A stretch of DNA of 64,000 nucleotides, taken from NCBI RefSeq assembly GCF_008326305.1, contig NZ_BIXY01000010.1:51137-115136 (forward strand), given 5' to 3'. Shown piece by piece: positions 28,335 to 36,961 of the stretch (position 1 is the first letter of the stretch; every line of letters starts with the position of its first letter). The notes beneath the pieces were generated by a model, which was not told where the DNA came from, did not search any database, and saw nothing but the letters and a program-made list of their open reading frames with translations. This stretch comes from Dictyobacter arantiisoli. Its GTDB lineage: Bacteria; Chloroflexota; Ktedonobacteria; Ktedonobacterales; Ktedonobacteraceae. Made by a program: the position numbers and the translations under genes.

Positions 28335-29039
28335 ATGAGCGATCTTATGATACCAGCACCAACTCAACCGCCACCAACGCAGATAGTACCGGCAGCACCT
28401 CAAATAGAGACTCCCAATGAAGAACGGCCAAAGGTTGCGCTGACACCGGCGCGCAGAAGGCCAGGACAAACTCCACTTGCCCGGACGATTAAAGCTATTT
28501 TTCGTCCTGTCTTTAAAATACTCTACTACATCATCAGTTGGATTCGGACCCACAAGCTCGTCTCGTTACTCGCACTGGCACTGTTAATCGGAAGCATCGT
28601 GGCAACATCTTATTTTGTGGGCAATAATGCTCCTCTGGCTTCGCAGGATAGTATGAAAAGCTCGGTCCAGAAAAATACTCAGATCAGTCCTGATGTGCAA
28701 AACTGGTTGCTGGGACTCCGCGATGGCAAGCTGAATACTATGCTTGAAGTTGAGAAGGCGATGAGTACGGTGCATCGCCCACCGGATAGCTCACTTTATG
28801 TGCTGCAATTTAGCGAAAAATACAATCAGGTGAAATGGACCAATGTGAGCGTGACCAGTATCAATGCTGCCCCTGATGGCATGATAGACACATTCATTGA
28901 AACTGATCTTACAGTGACCAGCACAAGTAGTACCAGCACATCAACCGCCCCGACCAGATTAATCGTGCTCTGGCACTTTACCACGTTAGCCAATGGTCAA
29001 ATCTATTTGATCGATTATGTGTCGGCACGGAGCGCATAA
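28335..29039 (+). CDS. Hypothetical membrane-anchored protein (Pro-rich N-terminus, one TM, extracytoplasmic domain)
   Basis: 234-aa ORF with TM LVSLLALALLIGSIVATSYFV. Confidence 0.45.
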   Translation: MSDLMIPAPTQPPPTQIVPAAPQIETPNEERPKVALTPARRRPGQTPLARTIKAIFRPVFKILYYIISWIRTHKLVSLLALALLIGSIVATSYFVGNNAPLASQDSMKSSVQKNTQISPDVQNWLLGLRDGKLNTMLEVEKAMSTVHRPPDSSLYVLQFSEKYNQVKWTNVSVTSINAAPDGMIDTFIETDLTVTSTSSTSTSTAPTRLIVLWHFTTLANGQIYLIDYVSARSA

Positions 29040-29040
29040 C

Positions 29041-29115
29041 AGAACAGAACAGAACAGAACAGAACAGAACAGAACAGAACAGAACAGAACAGAACAGAAC
29101 AGAACAGAACAGAAC
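29041..29115. repeat. Pentanucleotide microsatellite (AGAAC)15
   Basis: 15 perfect tandem units immediately after the stop of the upstream ORF and ~110 bp upstream of the ftsH-like start. Confidence 0.95.
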
Positions 29116-29224
29116 ATCAGAATACGAAAATTGCAACCTCTGATGGCGCTGAAAAACCAATAACTTCATCGCTCACTCTACACATACTCATAGAAGCAGG
29201 CACTATGCAGAAGGGATAGATGCA

Positions 29225-31192
29225 GTGGCAACAAATACAACCAATACAAAACGGCCACGCAGTAGTCTGGATAAGTCAATCGATCTGGGTATGGACCAGT
29301 TTGGCCGCTTCTTACGACGAGCCTGGATCTGGCTTGCCCTGCTCGCGCTGGTTATCTGGTTCTTTGCCTCAGGTACGACGGTGGCAGGTATTGATCCTAT
29401 CACGGCTGTGGGTCTTTTGCTGCAAATTATGTTTGCCATCTTCTTTGTGCTCGTACAATTTATCGCGATTTTCTGGTTTCTAGGAAGACCCCGTCTCTAC
29501 TGGGTGATGCCCGGTGAAACAGGTGTAACCTTCGAGGACTATAAAGGGAATCCAGAGGTGCTTGAGTCGGCACGGCGCATTGTCACGCTACTCCAGGGGG
29601 TCAAAGAATTCCAGCAGATGGGCGGAAATCCTATTCGCGGTTTGCTCCTTTCTGGACCGCCGGGAACCGGGAAGAGCTATCTGGCACAATGTATGAGTAC
29701 TGAGGCCGGGGTACCCTTTGCCTATGCCAGTGCATCCAGTTTTAAAGCTATGTTCATGGGTATGGATGTACTGATGATCAGCAATCTCTATCGCAAAGCA
29801 CGCCGCCTGGCACGCGAATACGGTGGTTGCGTGGTGTTTATGGATGAAATTGATGCAATTGGCACGGCACGCGGCGCAAACGGTCCCACGATGGGCATGG
29901 GCGGTGGCATGATGGGCGGAATGATGGGTGGCGGCACAGGTGGGCTCAATCAGCTCTTGATGGAGATGGACCCACCAAACATCGAGACAGGTTGGTTTAA
30001 GAAGATCCTGCGTACGCTTGGCCTGACGCATGGCCGCGTACAAAACGAGCCGGTTCTGACCGTCGGAGCGACGAACCTGCCTGAAGCCCTCGATCAAGCT
30101 CTACTGCGGCCCGGGCGCTTTGATCGTCAGATCCATATTGCGGCCCCAACTGATAAATATCGTCCCGAAGTGATTGAGTATTATCTCCATAAGATTGAGC
30201 ATGAGCCAGACATCTCTATCAGCGCGCTTTCCGCACGGCTGGTCAACTATACACCGGTCGCCATTAAGCACGTTATCAATGAAGCGACTATCATTGCCCA
30301 CTTTGAAGGCCGTCAAAAGGTTACCTACAAAGATCTGATTGAGGCCCAGGATGTACATGAGTATGGCCTGCGCCAATCGAGCGAACTGACAGAGATTGAA
30401 CGCCGCCGTCTGGCCTATCATGAAGCCGGACACACGGTCGCCAGTTACTATCTGATGGATCGCTACTTCCCGGCCTATGTGACGATCCATATGCGGGGGG
30501 ATGTGGAAGGTGCCGCTGCCTTTGCCCATCCACGACCAAAAGAAACGGTGATCACGCATAACCGGGAAGATATCCTGGCTCGTATACAGGTCTCACTGGC
30601 CTCACGGGCCGCTGAAGAACTCTTCTTGAATACCAAACTCAGTGGTGTGACAGGAGATTTCCAGAGCGCGACACAACAGGCAGCCCTCTATATCGGTGCC
30701 TACGGCATGGATAATACCCTGGCCTCGATTCTGGCAATGCAGAGTACCAATGGAGCCCTCGGCAATATACCACGCTTCTCAGAGCGCGTCGAAAGTTTGC
30801 TTCAATCGCAGCTTAATGCTGTCAAGCAACTCTTCCTTGAACATAGCGAGGCGCTGATCGCGGTCGCCGAAGCACTGATCGAAAAGGACGAGTTAGTCAC
30901 GGAAGAAATCAAAACGTTGATCGATAATGCGGATGCACGGCGCGTGGCGCAGAACCTCTTTGGCGAGCTCACCCCTTTACCGAGTATCGACAGTGGTCAG
31001 AATAGCAACGGCAATAGCGAGCATAATACGAGCAATGGACGTGCACAGGGAACAGGCCATCTGGCTGAACCACATATCCTGAACAATACACTGCCTGATG
31101 GGACACTACAGTTCCCGATGTCCTCGCTGAATGGGTCCGGTTTTATAGAAACATTTGATTATCCAGACAATCCTGAATCACCTGCCCTATAA
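29225..31192 (+). CDS. Divergent FtsH-family AAA+ zinc metalloprotease paralogue
   Basis: Two TM helices with only a short loop between them. Walker A GPPGTGKS, Walker B VVFMDEID, SRH LLRPGRFDRQ, zinc motif HEAGH. GTG start with RBS AAGGGA. A Gly/Met-rich insertion (GMGGGMMGGMMGGG) lies between the Walker B and SRH regions. Confidence 0.8.
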   Translation: MATNTTNTKRPRSSLDKSIDLGMDQFGRFLRRAWIWLALLALVIWFFASGTTVAGIDPITAVGLLLQIMFAIFFVLVQFIAIFWFLGRPRLYWVMPGETGVTFEDYKGNPEVLESARRIVTLLQGVKEFQQMGGNPIRGLLLSGPPGTGKSYLAQCMSTEAGVPFAYASASSFKAMFMGMDVLMISNLYRKARRLAREYGGCVVFMDEIDAIGTARGANGPTMGMGGGMMGGMMGGGTGGLNQLLMEMDPPNIETGWFKKILRTLGLTHGRVQNEPVLTVGATNLPEALDQALLRPGRFDRQIHIAAPTDKYRPEVIEYYLHKIEHEPDISISALSARLVNYTPVAIKHVINEATIIAHFEGRQKVTYKDLIEAQDVHEYGLRQSSELTEIERRRLAYHEAGHTVASYYLMDRYFPAYVTIHMRGDVEGAAAFAHPRPKETVITHNREDILARIQVSLASRAAEELFLNTKLSGVTGDFQSATQQAALYIGAYGMDNTLASILAMQSTNGALGNIPRFSERVESLLQSQLNAVKQLFLEHSEALIAVAEALIEKDELVTEEIKTLIDNADARRVAQNLFGELTPLPSIDSGQNSNGNSEHNTSNGRAQGTGHLAEPHILNNTLPDGTLQFPMSSLNGSGFIETFDYPDNPESPAL

Positions 31193-31208
31193 AGAGCACG
31201 AGCGTCAG

Positions 31209-31247
31209 AAAAAGCGAGGTATCCAGCCGTTGGATACCTCGCTTTTT
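31209..31247 (+). terminator. Intrinsic terminator after the ftsH-like gene
   Basis: aaaaagcgaggtatcca gccgt tggatacctcgcttttt. Confidence 0.75.
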
Positions 31248-31395
31248 CCTATCCGATAGGTAAATAGAGTCTTCGCTCCCTGATTACTTGAATAATATGA
31301 CTTTCTTTGCTACTGTGATAGCAGATGAAAACGACCCTATCGGACAATGTAACAGGATGTTCCCCTGGTAGAATAGAGGAGATTGTTTTACAACC

Positions 31396-32928
31396 ATGAG
31401 CACAGTGCTATCAAATGCGGCCAGTACGCATGAACCAACCCCACCTGGCATCACTACACAGCAGAAATTCTTGCTCGCGGCTGGTCTGGTGCTGCTTTTT
31501 ATTGTAGCCCTGCTGATGCGTTTGCATACTCTAGGTGTACAATTCGACCGCGATTCCTACGATGAAGGGGTATACTGGCAGACACTGCGCTCGCTTGGCG
31601 CAGGCTATGGACTGTATAAGACAACCTTTTATTCACAGCCCCCCTTATTTTTGCTCTCGGTCTTCCCAACCTATCTCCTGTTTGGACAAACCATCTGGGC
31701 TGCCCGTCTGGGGATCGCCCTGCTTTCACTACTGGGCTTGCTCGGTATCTTTCTAGCTGGCTTCGCGTTGCGCCGCTGGACAGGAGGCTTTGCCGCCCTG
31801 ATCCTGCTGCTGCTCAGTCCCATTTACCTCTCGGCCTCGCAAACCCTGGAAGCTGAAGGTCCGCAGATAACTTACTCGATCCTGGCTGTGGCCTTTGCCT
31901 ATCTGTGGTGGGAAAATCCCAATGGCTGGCGGGGCAATCTTTATGCGGCCCTCAGCACTCTTACTCTTACCCTGAGCCTCTTCAGCAAATTATTTGCCGT
32001 CGCCACTTTTGTGCCCATTACGCTGCTCGCCCTGGCGCATATCTGGCGCATTAGCAAACAGCCTGGCGATACACGCTGGCGCTCGGCCCGCTCCCTTATG
32101 GTCGGCCTCGTTGTATTGATTGCCGTGTCTGTCTTGATCATGCTCCCTTATCTTAACTCGCTTTCCGCCTTCTGGTCGCAGGTCGTTTCATTTCACAACG
32201 CAGCTAAAGTCGTTAGTCATCAGGGTGGAAACCTTGGACTGATCGCGCGCTTCTTGCTCTCACCTCTGGGTGCCGCAGCGCTCTATGGAACAGTGATAGC
32301 CTGCCTCAAGAAAGACTGGCGTGTCATTCCTCTGCTCGCCTGGGCGGGCGTATCAGCGCTCCTGCTCTGGCAACAACAACCCTTATTTCAACATCATTTT
32401 GTGATTATTGTGCCGCCGTTGATCGCTTTGGCCGTCATGGGATTGGGAAGTCTGCCACGCAATAAAGCTCAATGGATGCAACGCCCCACACTGCTCACTG
32501 GTATGAGCCTGCTCCTCATGCTCATTACATTAGCCCTCGGAGCCTATCAAATCCGAGGAAATTATAATCAACTGCAAGCGCAAGATCTTACTGGCAGCAC
32601 CAGAGGTTCTTTGCGGGTCGCGCAGGATCTTCGACAGGCCGTCGCCCCCGATGCGTTTGTGATTACAGACGGGCAATTTATCGCTGGCCTGGCCGCGCGA
32701 AATACCCCCCCCGACCTGGTTGATACCTCCAGTGTCCGTATTAATACGCACTATGTTACCGGCCAGCAGCTTATTCAAAGCGCCTCACAATCCAAAGTCC
32801 AGGCCGTCCTCTTCTATACCGGGCGCCTCACTCATCCAGCTCTGGCGGATTTTCGAACCTGGGTCAAACAACACTTTCGTGAGGTGCACCACTATGGCAA
32901 TGGCAGTTCATTATGGGTTAAGATATAG
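31396..32928 (+). CDS. GT-C glycosyltransferase of the ArnT/PMT (family 39/83-like) type; polytopic membrane protein
   Basis: About 12 TM helices and a C-terminal soluble domain. General architecture of dolichyl/undecaprenyl-phosphate sugar transferases. Confidence 0.6.
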   Translation: MSTVLSNAASTHEPTPPGITTQQKFLLAAGLVLLFIVALLMRLHTLGVQFDRDSYDEGVYWQTLRSLGAGYGLYKTTFYSQPPLFLLSVFPTYLLFGQTIWAARLGIALLSLLGLLGIFLAGFALRRWTGGFAALILLLLSPIYLSASQTLEAEGPQITYSILAVAFAYLWWENPNGWRGNLYAALSTLTLTLSLFSKLFAVATFVPITLLALAHIWRISKQPGDTRWRSARSLMVGLVVLIAVSVLIMLPYLNSLSAFWSQVVSFHNAAKVVSHQGGNLGLIARFLLSPLGAAALYGTVIACLKKDWRVIPLLAWAGVSALLLWQQQPLFQHHFVIIVPPLIALAVMGLGSLPRNKAQWMQRPTLLTGMSLLLMLITLALGAYQIRGNYNQLQAQDLTGSTRGSLRVAQDLRQAVAPDAFVITDGQFIAGLAARNTPPDLVDTSSVRINTHYVTGQQLIQSASQSKVQAVLFYTGRLTHPALADFRTWVKQHFREVHHYGNGSSLWVKI

Positions 32929-32974
32929 CAAAGAGTGTTTTTAGCATTGATGAATTCCCAAAGGGGGTAGCGAT

Positions 32975-33085
32975 ATGCAAAAGAAGAAAACTTTTAGTAC
33001 GGTAGAATTAGCCCTGGTTGGAGTACTCGTAGGATCACTCCTGCTCTCCTTCCTTCAGGCCCGCCGTGAAGAAAAAAAACAGTGA
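32975..33085 (+). CDS. Candidate small membrane protein (36 aa)
   Basis: MQKKKTFSTVELALVGVLVGSLLLSFLQARREEKKQ. Strong RBS AAGGGGG 7 nt upstream. Immediately followed by a long palindromic terminator. Not in the ORF track (under 60 aa). Confidence 0.35.
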   Translation: MQKKKTFSTVELALVGVLVGSLLLSFLQARREEKKQ

Positions 33086-33135
33086 AGAGAAGAAAAACAG
33101 CTTTCTTGCTGGCAAGAAAGCTGTTTTTCTTCTCT
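33086..33135. terminator. 24-bp perfect palindromic bidirectional terminator
   Basis: agagaagaaaaacagctttcttgc tg gcaagaaagctgtttttcttctct. Confidence 0.65.
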
Positions 33136-33146
33136 TCTGACCCTAT

Positions 33147-33485
33147 TTAGTGCATGTTATTTTTGAGTTCGCGCACGAAACCGATGGCTCCTTCTTTCCA
33201 GGTCATGCGCTGGGTGTGTCTGGCCTGCTGGCGCTGTTTGATAATGAAATCAAGCACTATATCGCGTTTCATCGCTTCCAGACGTTGAATATCATAGATG
33301 GTACGTCTGGTGACATCGCTCAAGACGGCATAAGCCTCATTGATTTGTTTGATGCGACGATCTCCCACTTGCCTGTTTAGATCTGGATGATAGATGCGTG
33401 CCAGGCGTCGATATGCTTGCTTGATATCGGCGAGAGTCGCTGTACTCTCAATCTCTAGAATGGCATAATAATCTGGTAGAGCCAT
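33147..33485 (-). CDS. J-domain protein (DnaJ-like co-chaperone domain only)
   Basis: DYYAILEIESTATLADIKQAYRRLARIYHPDLN with the HPD motif. 112 aa. Confidence 0.75.
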   Translation of the reverse strand: MALPDYYAILEIESTATLADIKQAYRRLARIYHPDLNRQVGDRRIKQINEAYAVLSDVTRRTIYDIQRLEAMKRDIVLDFIIKQRQQARHTQRMTWKEGAIGFVRELKNNMH

Positions 33486-33488
33486 AAG

Positions 33489-33938
33489 CTAATCACCTGT
33501 ACTTCCGAAGCCCCCGCGCCCCTTTCCAACGTGCTCCACTTCATTCCATTCAAAACGTCCAATGGGAAGAAAAATACCTTGCGCGACCCGCTCGCCACGC
33601 AAGACTGTGACCGGCTCGTCACGAAAGTTATAGACGGAAACCATTAATTCGTCTCCGTCCCCACAATAATCCTGATCAATCACACCCACTCCATTCGGCA
33701 TTAAGAGTCCTTTGCGACGCGCGGTACTGCTGCGCATCGTCAGGAGCAACATATAGCCGGGAGGGGTTTCTACGATCAAATTACTGGGGAGCAAGGCCAG
33801 CCCGCGTGGCGCGACCTCAGTATCTACTCGACAGAGCAGATCAAATCCAACAGATCCGACCGTTGCATAGGTAGGCAACGGCAGTTCGGAATCAATTCTT
33901 TTTATATTTATCGTGAGAGGTTGTGTTGAAACGTCCAT
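33489..33938 (-). CDS. dut: dUTP diphosphatase
   Basis: dUTPase motifs GSVGFDL, RSSTARR, GVGVIDQDYCGD. 149 aa. Confidence 0.85.
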   Translation of the reverse strand: MDVSTQPLTINIKRIDSELPLPTYATVGSVGFDLLCRVDTEVAPRGLALLPSNLIVETPPGYMLLLTMRSSTARRKGLLMPNGVGVIDQDYCGDGDELMVSVYNFRDEPVTVLRGERVAQGIFLPIGRFEWNEVEHVGKGRGGFGSTGD

Positions 33939-34005
33939 ATAGGGTATATTCTAGAGAATAGAAAGTGCCACGTCAAGGGATAATTCAGGGGTTCATTTTG
34001 TAACC

Positions 34006-34434
34006 ATGCAAACAGAAGAAATGCCAAGAAAAACCATTCAACAACGCTTCATCTTGATTAGTTTTTGTCTGCTACTGGCAATTATCGCAGCAGGAATCGC
34101 GACCAATGCCACGATCCACGAGGTCCAAACCGTCCACCAACAACAGATAATGGTCGGTCAGGGTGATGTGCGACTGATTCGCCAATGGATGACCATTCCT
34201 TATGTCGCGCATGTCTATCGTGTTCCCAGTAATCTCATCTATACATCCTTGCAGCTCAAAGAGGACGCAGTGACACGCCATTGTACCCTTCAGGTTGTTG
34301 CTTTCCAGCGCAAACAGCCGGTGGATGTCGTTATCCACCGAATACAATCATCTATTCTATCCTACCATAAAAAACATCCATTCAAACCGTATCCCACCCC
34401 GACAACAGATAGAGGGGGGCAACGAAATATTTGA
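34006..34434 (+). CDS. Hypothetical membrane-anchored protein, translationally coupled (ATGA) to the downstream DedA gene
   Basis: One TM helix then a ~100-aa domain. 4-bp overlap with the next gene. Confidence 0.45.
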   Translation: MQTEEMPRKTIQQRFILISFCLLLAIIAAGIATNATIHEVQTVHQQQIMVGQGDVRLIRQWMTIPYVAHVYRVPSNLIYTSLQLKEDAVTRHCTLQVVAFQRKQPVDVVIHRIQSSILSYHKKHPFKPYPTPTTDRGGQRNI

Positions 34435-35141
34435 GCACACTACTTCCATTGATTTTAACCTGGCTGCAAATCTACGGATATCCAGCGCTGTGGGTATGCG
34501 TCTGCATTGCAGCCATTGGTTTACCGCTCCCTATTGGATTGCTACTTCTAGCTACCGGTGCATTCGCGGCCCTCGGCGACTTCAATGTAATCCTGCTCTT
34601 CATTACCACACTCACTGCATCCGTCTGTGGCGATAGTATCGGTTATCTGATTGGTCGTAAACTGGGATCGCGTATTATCGACTGGCTCAGCACACAAAAA
34701 CGCATCCGCTTTATCTCTCCCAAAGTTGTAGTTCGTTCACAGGAGTATTTTCAACGTCGTGGCATCTGGGCCATCTTTTTGAGCCGTTGCCTTGTGCCTG
34801 CGTTGGGAGGCTCTATCAATATTTTAGCAGGAGCCGAACGCTATCCCTATCGCAAATTTCTGCTCGCGGATGCCCTGGGAGAAACTATAGGCATTATGCC
34901 TTCTCTAATTCTAGGCTTTGCCTTTGGCACAAGCTGGGAAGAAATCAATAATTTAATGACCACAGCCTCAATCCTGTTATTTTTATTACTCATTGCCGTC
35001 TATCTGGTCGTCCTATTGGTACGCACCCTCCGCCGTATGCAAGCGGCACGGGCACAAACAGAGATAACAGCGGAAACAGAGCCGAAAAAGTTACAGTCAT
35101 TGGAGGTTATGAAGGTCACGGTGAACGCCAAAAAAAGTTAG
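34431..35141 (+). CDS. DedA/SNARE-associated (VTT domain) family membrane protein
   Basis: DedA-type motif pattern (GDSIGYLIGRKLG, FLSRCLVPALGG). 236 aa. Confidence 0.75.
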   Translation: MSTLLPLILTWLQIYGYPALWVCVCIAAIGLPLPIGLLLLATGAFAALGDFNVILLFITTLTASVCGDSIGYLIGRKLGSRIIDWLSTQKRIRFISPKVVVRSQEYFQRRGIWAIFLSRCLVPALGGSINILAGAERYPYRKFLLADALGETIGIMPSLILGFAFGTSWEEINNLMTTASILLFLLLIAVYLVVLLVRTLRRMQAARAQTEITAETEPKKLQSLEVMKVTVNAKKS

Positions 35142-35618
35142 CAAGAAGAAAATTCAAATAATGACTCTATTTCTTGCCACTTTAAGAAGGGTTCAAACGT
35201 ATAAAAATACAGATGGATTACATCCCTGTTAGGTTTTCCTAAGAAAATGACGCCAAATCCAGGCCATTGGGACTAGAATGAAAGGGTGACTTGCGTTATA
35301 ATTGAGGTAGGGATCTCGTTCCCTGACTCACTGGCAACGATATTGTCTTATCCACTGGTTGGCAATTATCGGTGGCATTGTATGCGCTCCGCACAGCGTT
35401 AGCAGAAAGAGGCATGGTGTGCCATAAGAATGAGGAATAAAATTCGCTCGGGCGATGTTTCTACCAGTAGAGACAAGATGCATGTCATTGATTTTCCTCC
35501 CACTCGGTTCGGACAGAAGGGTCCGGTGAAGGCTCGCTTTCTCTGAGTGTTGGACCAAACTGACTACGAACAGATATCTTGCTGCTTAGGATATACTACT
35601 TTTCATGGAGGGCGCACA

Positions 35619-36851
35619 ATGATAGACACAAAGCGTGCCATGACGGGAACAACGCTTACCTTACATAAATCGCATAATGCAGATCTAGAGAAGCCTTACG
35701 ACATTGTCGAAAAGTTGCTGACCAAAGATCTTGACTATACATCAGAGGATGATGTGGAAGTTGACACTGGCAAAGACGATCATGAGTTGGATGACGATTT
35801 GAACGGAGTGGATACAGGTTCACTCGATATCGAGACCGGACCATTGGAATTAGAAGATTTAGTTGATTCCGAAATCCATGACGGAGCCACAACTTCTGAT
35901 CTGGAAGTCGATGCAACGATCACAACTCCTACTAGCCATGCTGATGAAGAGACACCGGCCCGCCGTACCGCTGCGCGCCGTCGCCGCTCCGAAGATCAGG
36001 ATGATAATCAAGTAAATTCTGCCGATGCCGGTGAATCCGACGCGGTGATGACCTATTTGCGTGAAATCGGTCGCGTTCCTATGATTTCCCATGAACGCGA
36101 GGTTGAACTGGCGCAACGCATCGAATCTGGTGATCGCGATGCAATGAAGCAGTTTATCCTGGCAAATCTACGCTTAGTGGTCAGCATTGCCAAACGCTAT
36201 GTTGGTCGCGGCCTGACTTTGCTCGATCTTATTCAAGAAGGCAATATTGGTCTCATTCGTGCGGTACAACGCTACGATTGGCGTCGCGGACATCGCTTCT
36301 CGACCCATGCAACCTGGTGGATTCGCCAGGCAATCAGTCGAGCTGTGGCAGATAAAGGACGCACGATCCGCCTTCCCGTCTATGTAAACACCGCCTTGAA
36401 CCGTATCCGTCGCGAACGTCAGCGCCTCTTGCAGGAACTTGGTCGCGAACCAACCGAGATGGAGTTAGCCGAAGCAACAGGACTTGATCCTATTCGCATG
36501 GTAGAGCTTCAGTCAGCTCCCGGAGCCCCTGTTTCTCTTGAGCTACCAGTCGGCGAAGATGAGGAGCAGGAATTAGGTGATGTGCTGGCAGATACCGAGT
36601 CCTCATCTCCAGAAGAACTGGCTACCACTCAGACATTAAAGGATGAGGTGCAACGCGTGCTCGAATCGGTGCTGACGCCCCGTGAACAGTTGGTATTACA
36701 GTTGCGCTTTGGTCTTGGAAATGGACAAGCCCATCCGCTAGAGCAAGTTGGTCGCGAACTGGGAATTACGCGTGAGCGTGTTCGTCAGATCGAGGCTGGC
36801 GCGCTGGCCAAACTCAGACAGCCACCTGTGTTGGAACGCCTACGGAGCTAA
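35619..36851 (+). CDS. rpoD: Primary (group 1) RNA polymerase sigma-70 factor
   Basis: Regions 1.2 to 4.2: [26 protein letters not shown], the rpoD box [18 protein letters not shown], and region 4 [13 protein letters not shown]. The start is set at ATG 35619 with RBS GGAGGG. Confidence 0.85.
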   Translation: MIDTKRAMTGTTLTLHKSHNADLEKPYDIVEKLLTKDLDYTSEDDVEVDTGKDDHELDDDLNGVDTGSLDIETGPLELEDLVDSEIHDGATTSDLEVDATITTPTSHADEETPARRTAARRRRSEDQDDNQVNSADAGESDAVMTYLREIGRVPMISHEREVELAQRIESGDRDAMKQFILANLRLVVSIAKRYVGRGLTLLDLIQEGNIGLIRAVQRYDWRRGHRFSTHATWWIRQAISRAVADKGRTIRLPVYVNTALNRIRRERQRLLQELGREPTEMELAEATGLDPIRMVELQSAPGAPVSLELPVGEDEEQELGDVLADTESSSPEELATTQTLKDEVQRVLESVLTPREQLVLQLRFGLGNGQAHPLEQVGRELGITRERVRQIEAGALAKLRQPPVLERLRS

Positions 36852-36879
36852 ATCAAACGGCGTAACAAGAAAAGCTTTT

Positions 36880-36946
36880 GAGACCCAGGTTTATCCGAGA
36901 GGGTGTGCTTCAATGAAGCACATCCTCTCGGATAAACCTGGGTCTC
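36880..36946. terminator. Very long (~32 bp) hairpin terminator between the convergent rpoD and an RSH gene
   Basis: gagacccaggtttatccgagagggtgtgcttc aat gaagcacatcctctcggataaacctgggtctc. Confidence 0.7.
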
Positions 36947-36961
36947 ATTTGTGCCATATGC

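Noticed and set aside
28978-29169. ORF translating the (AGAAC)n tract as VLFCSVLFCS...
   Set aside because: It is an artefact of the microsatellite, with no RBS or start context, on the strand opposite to both flanking genes.
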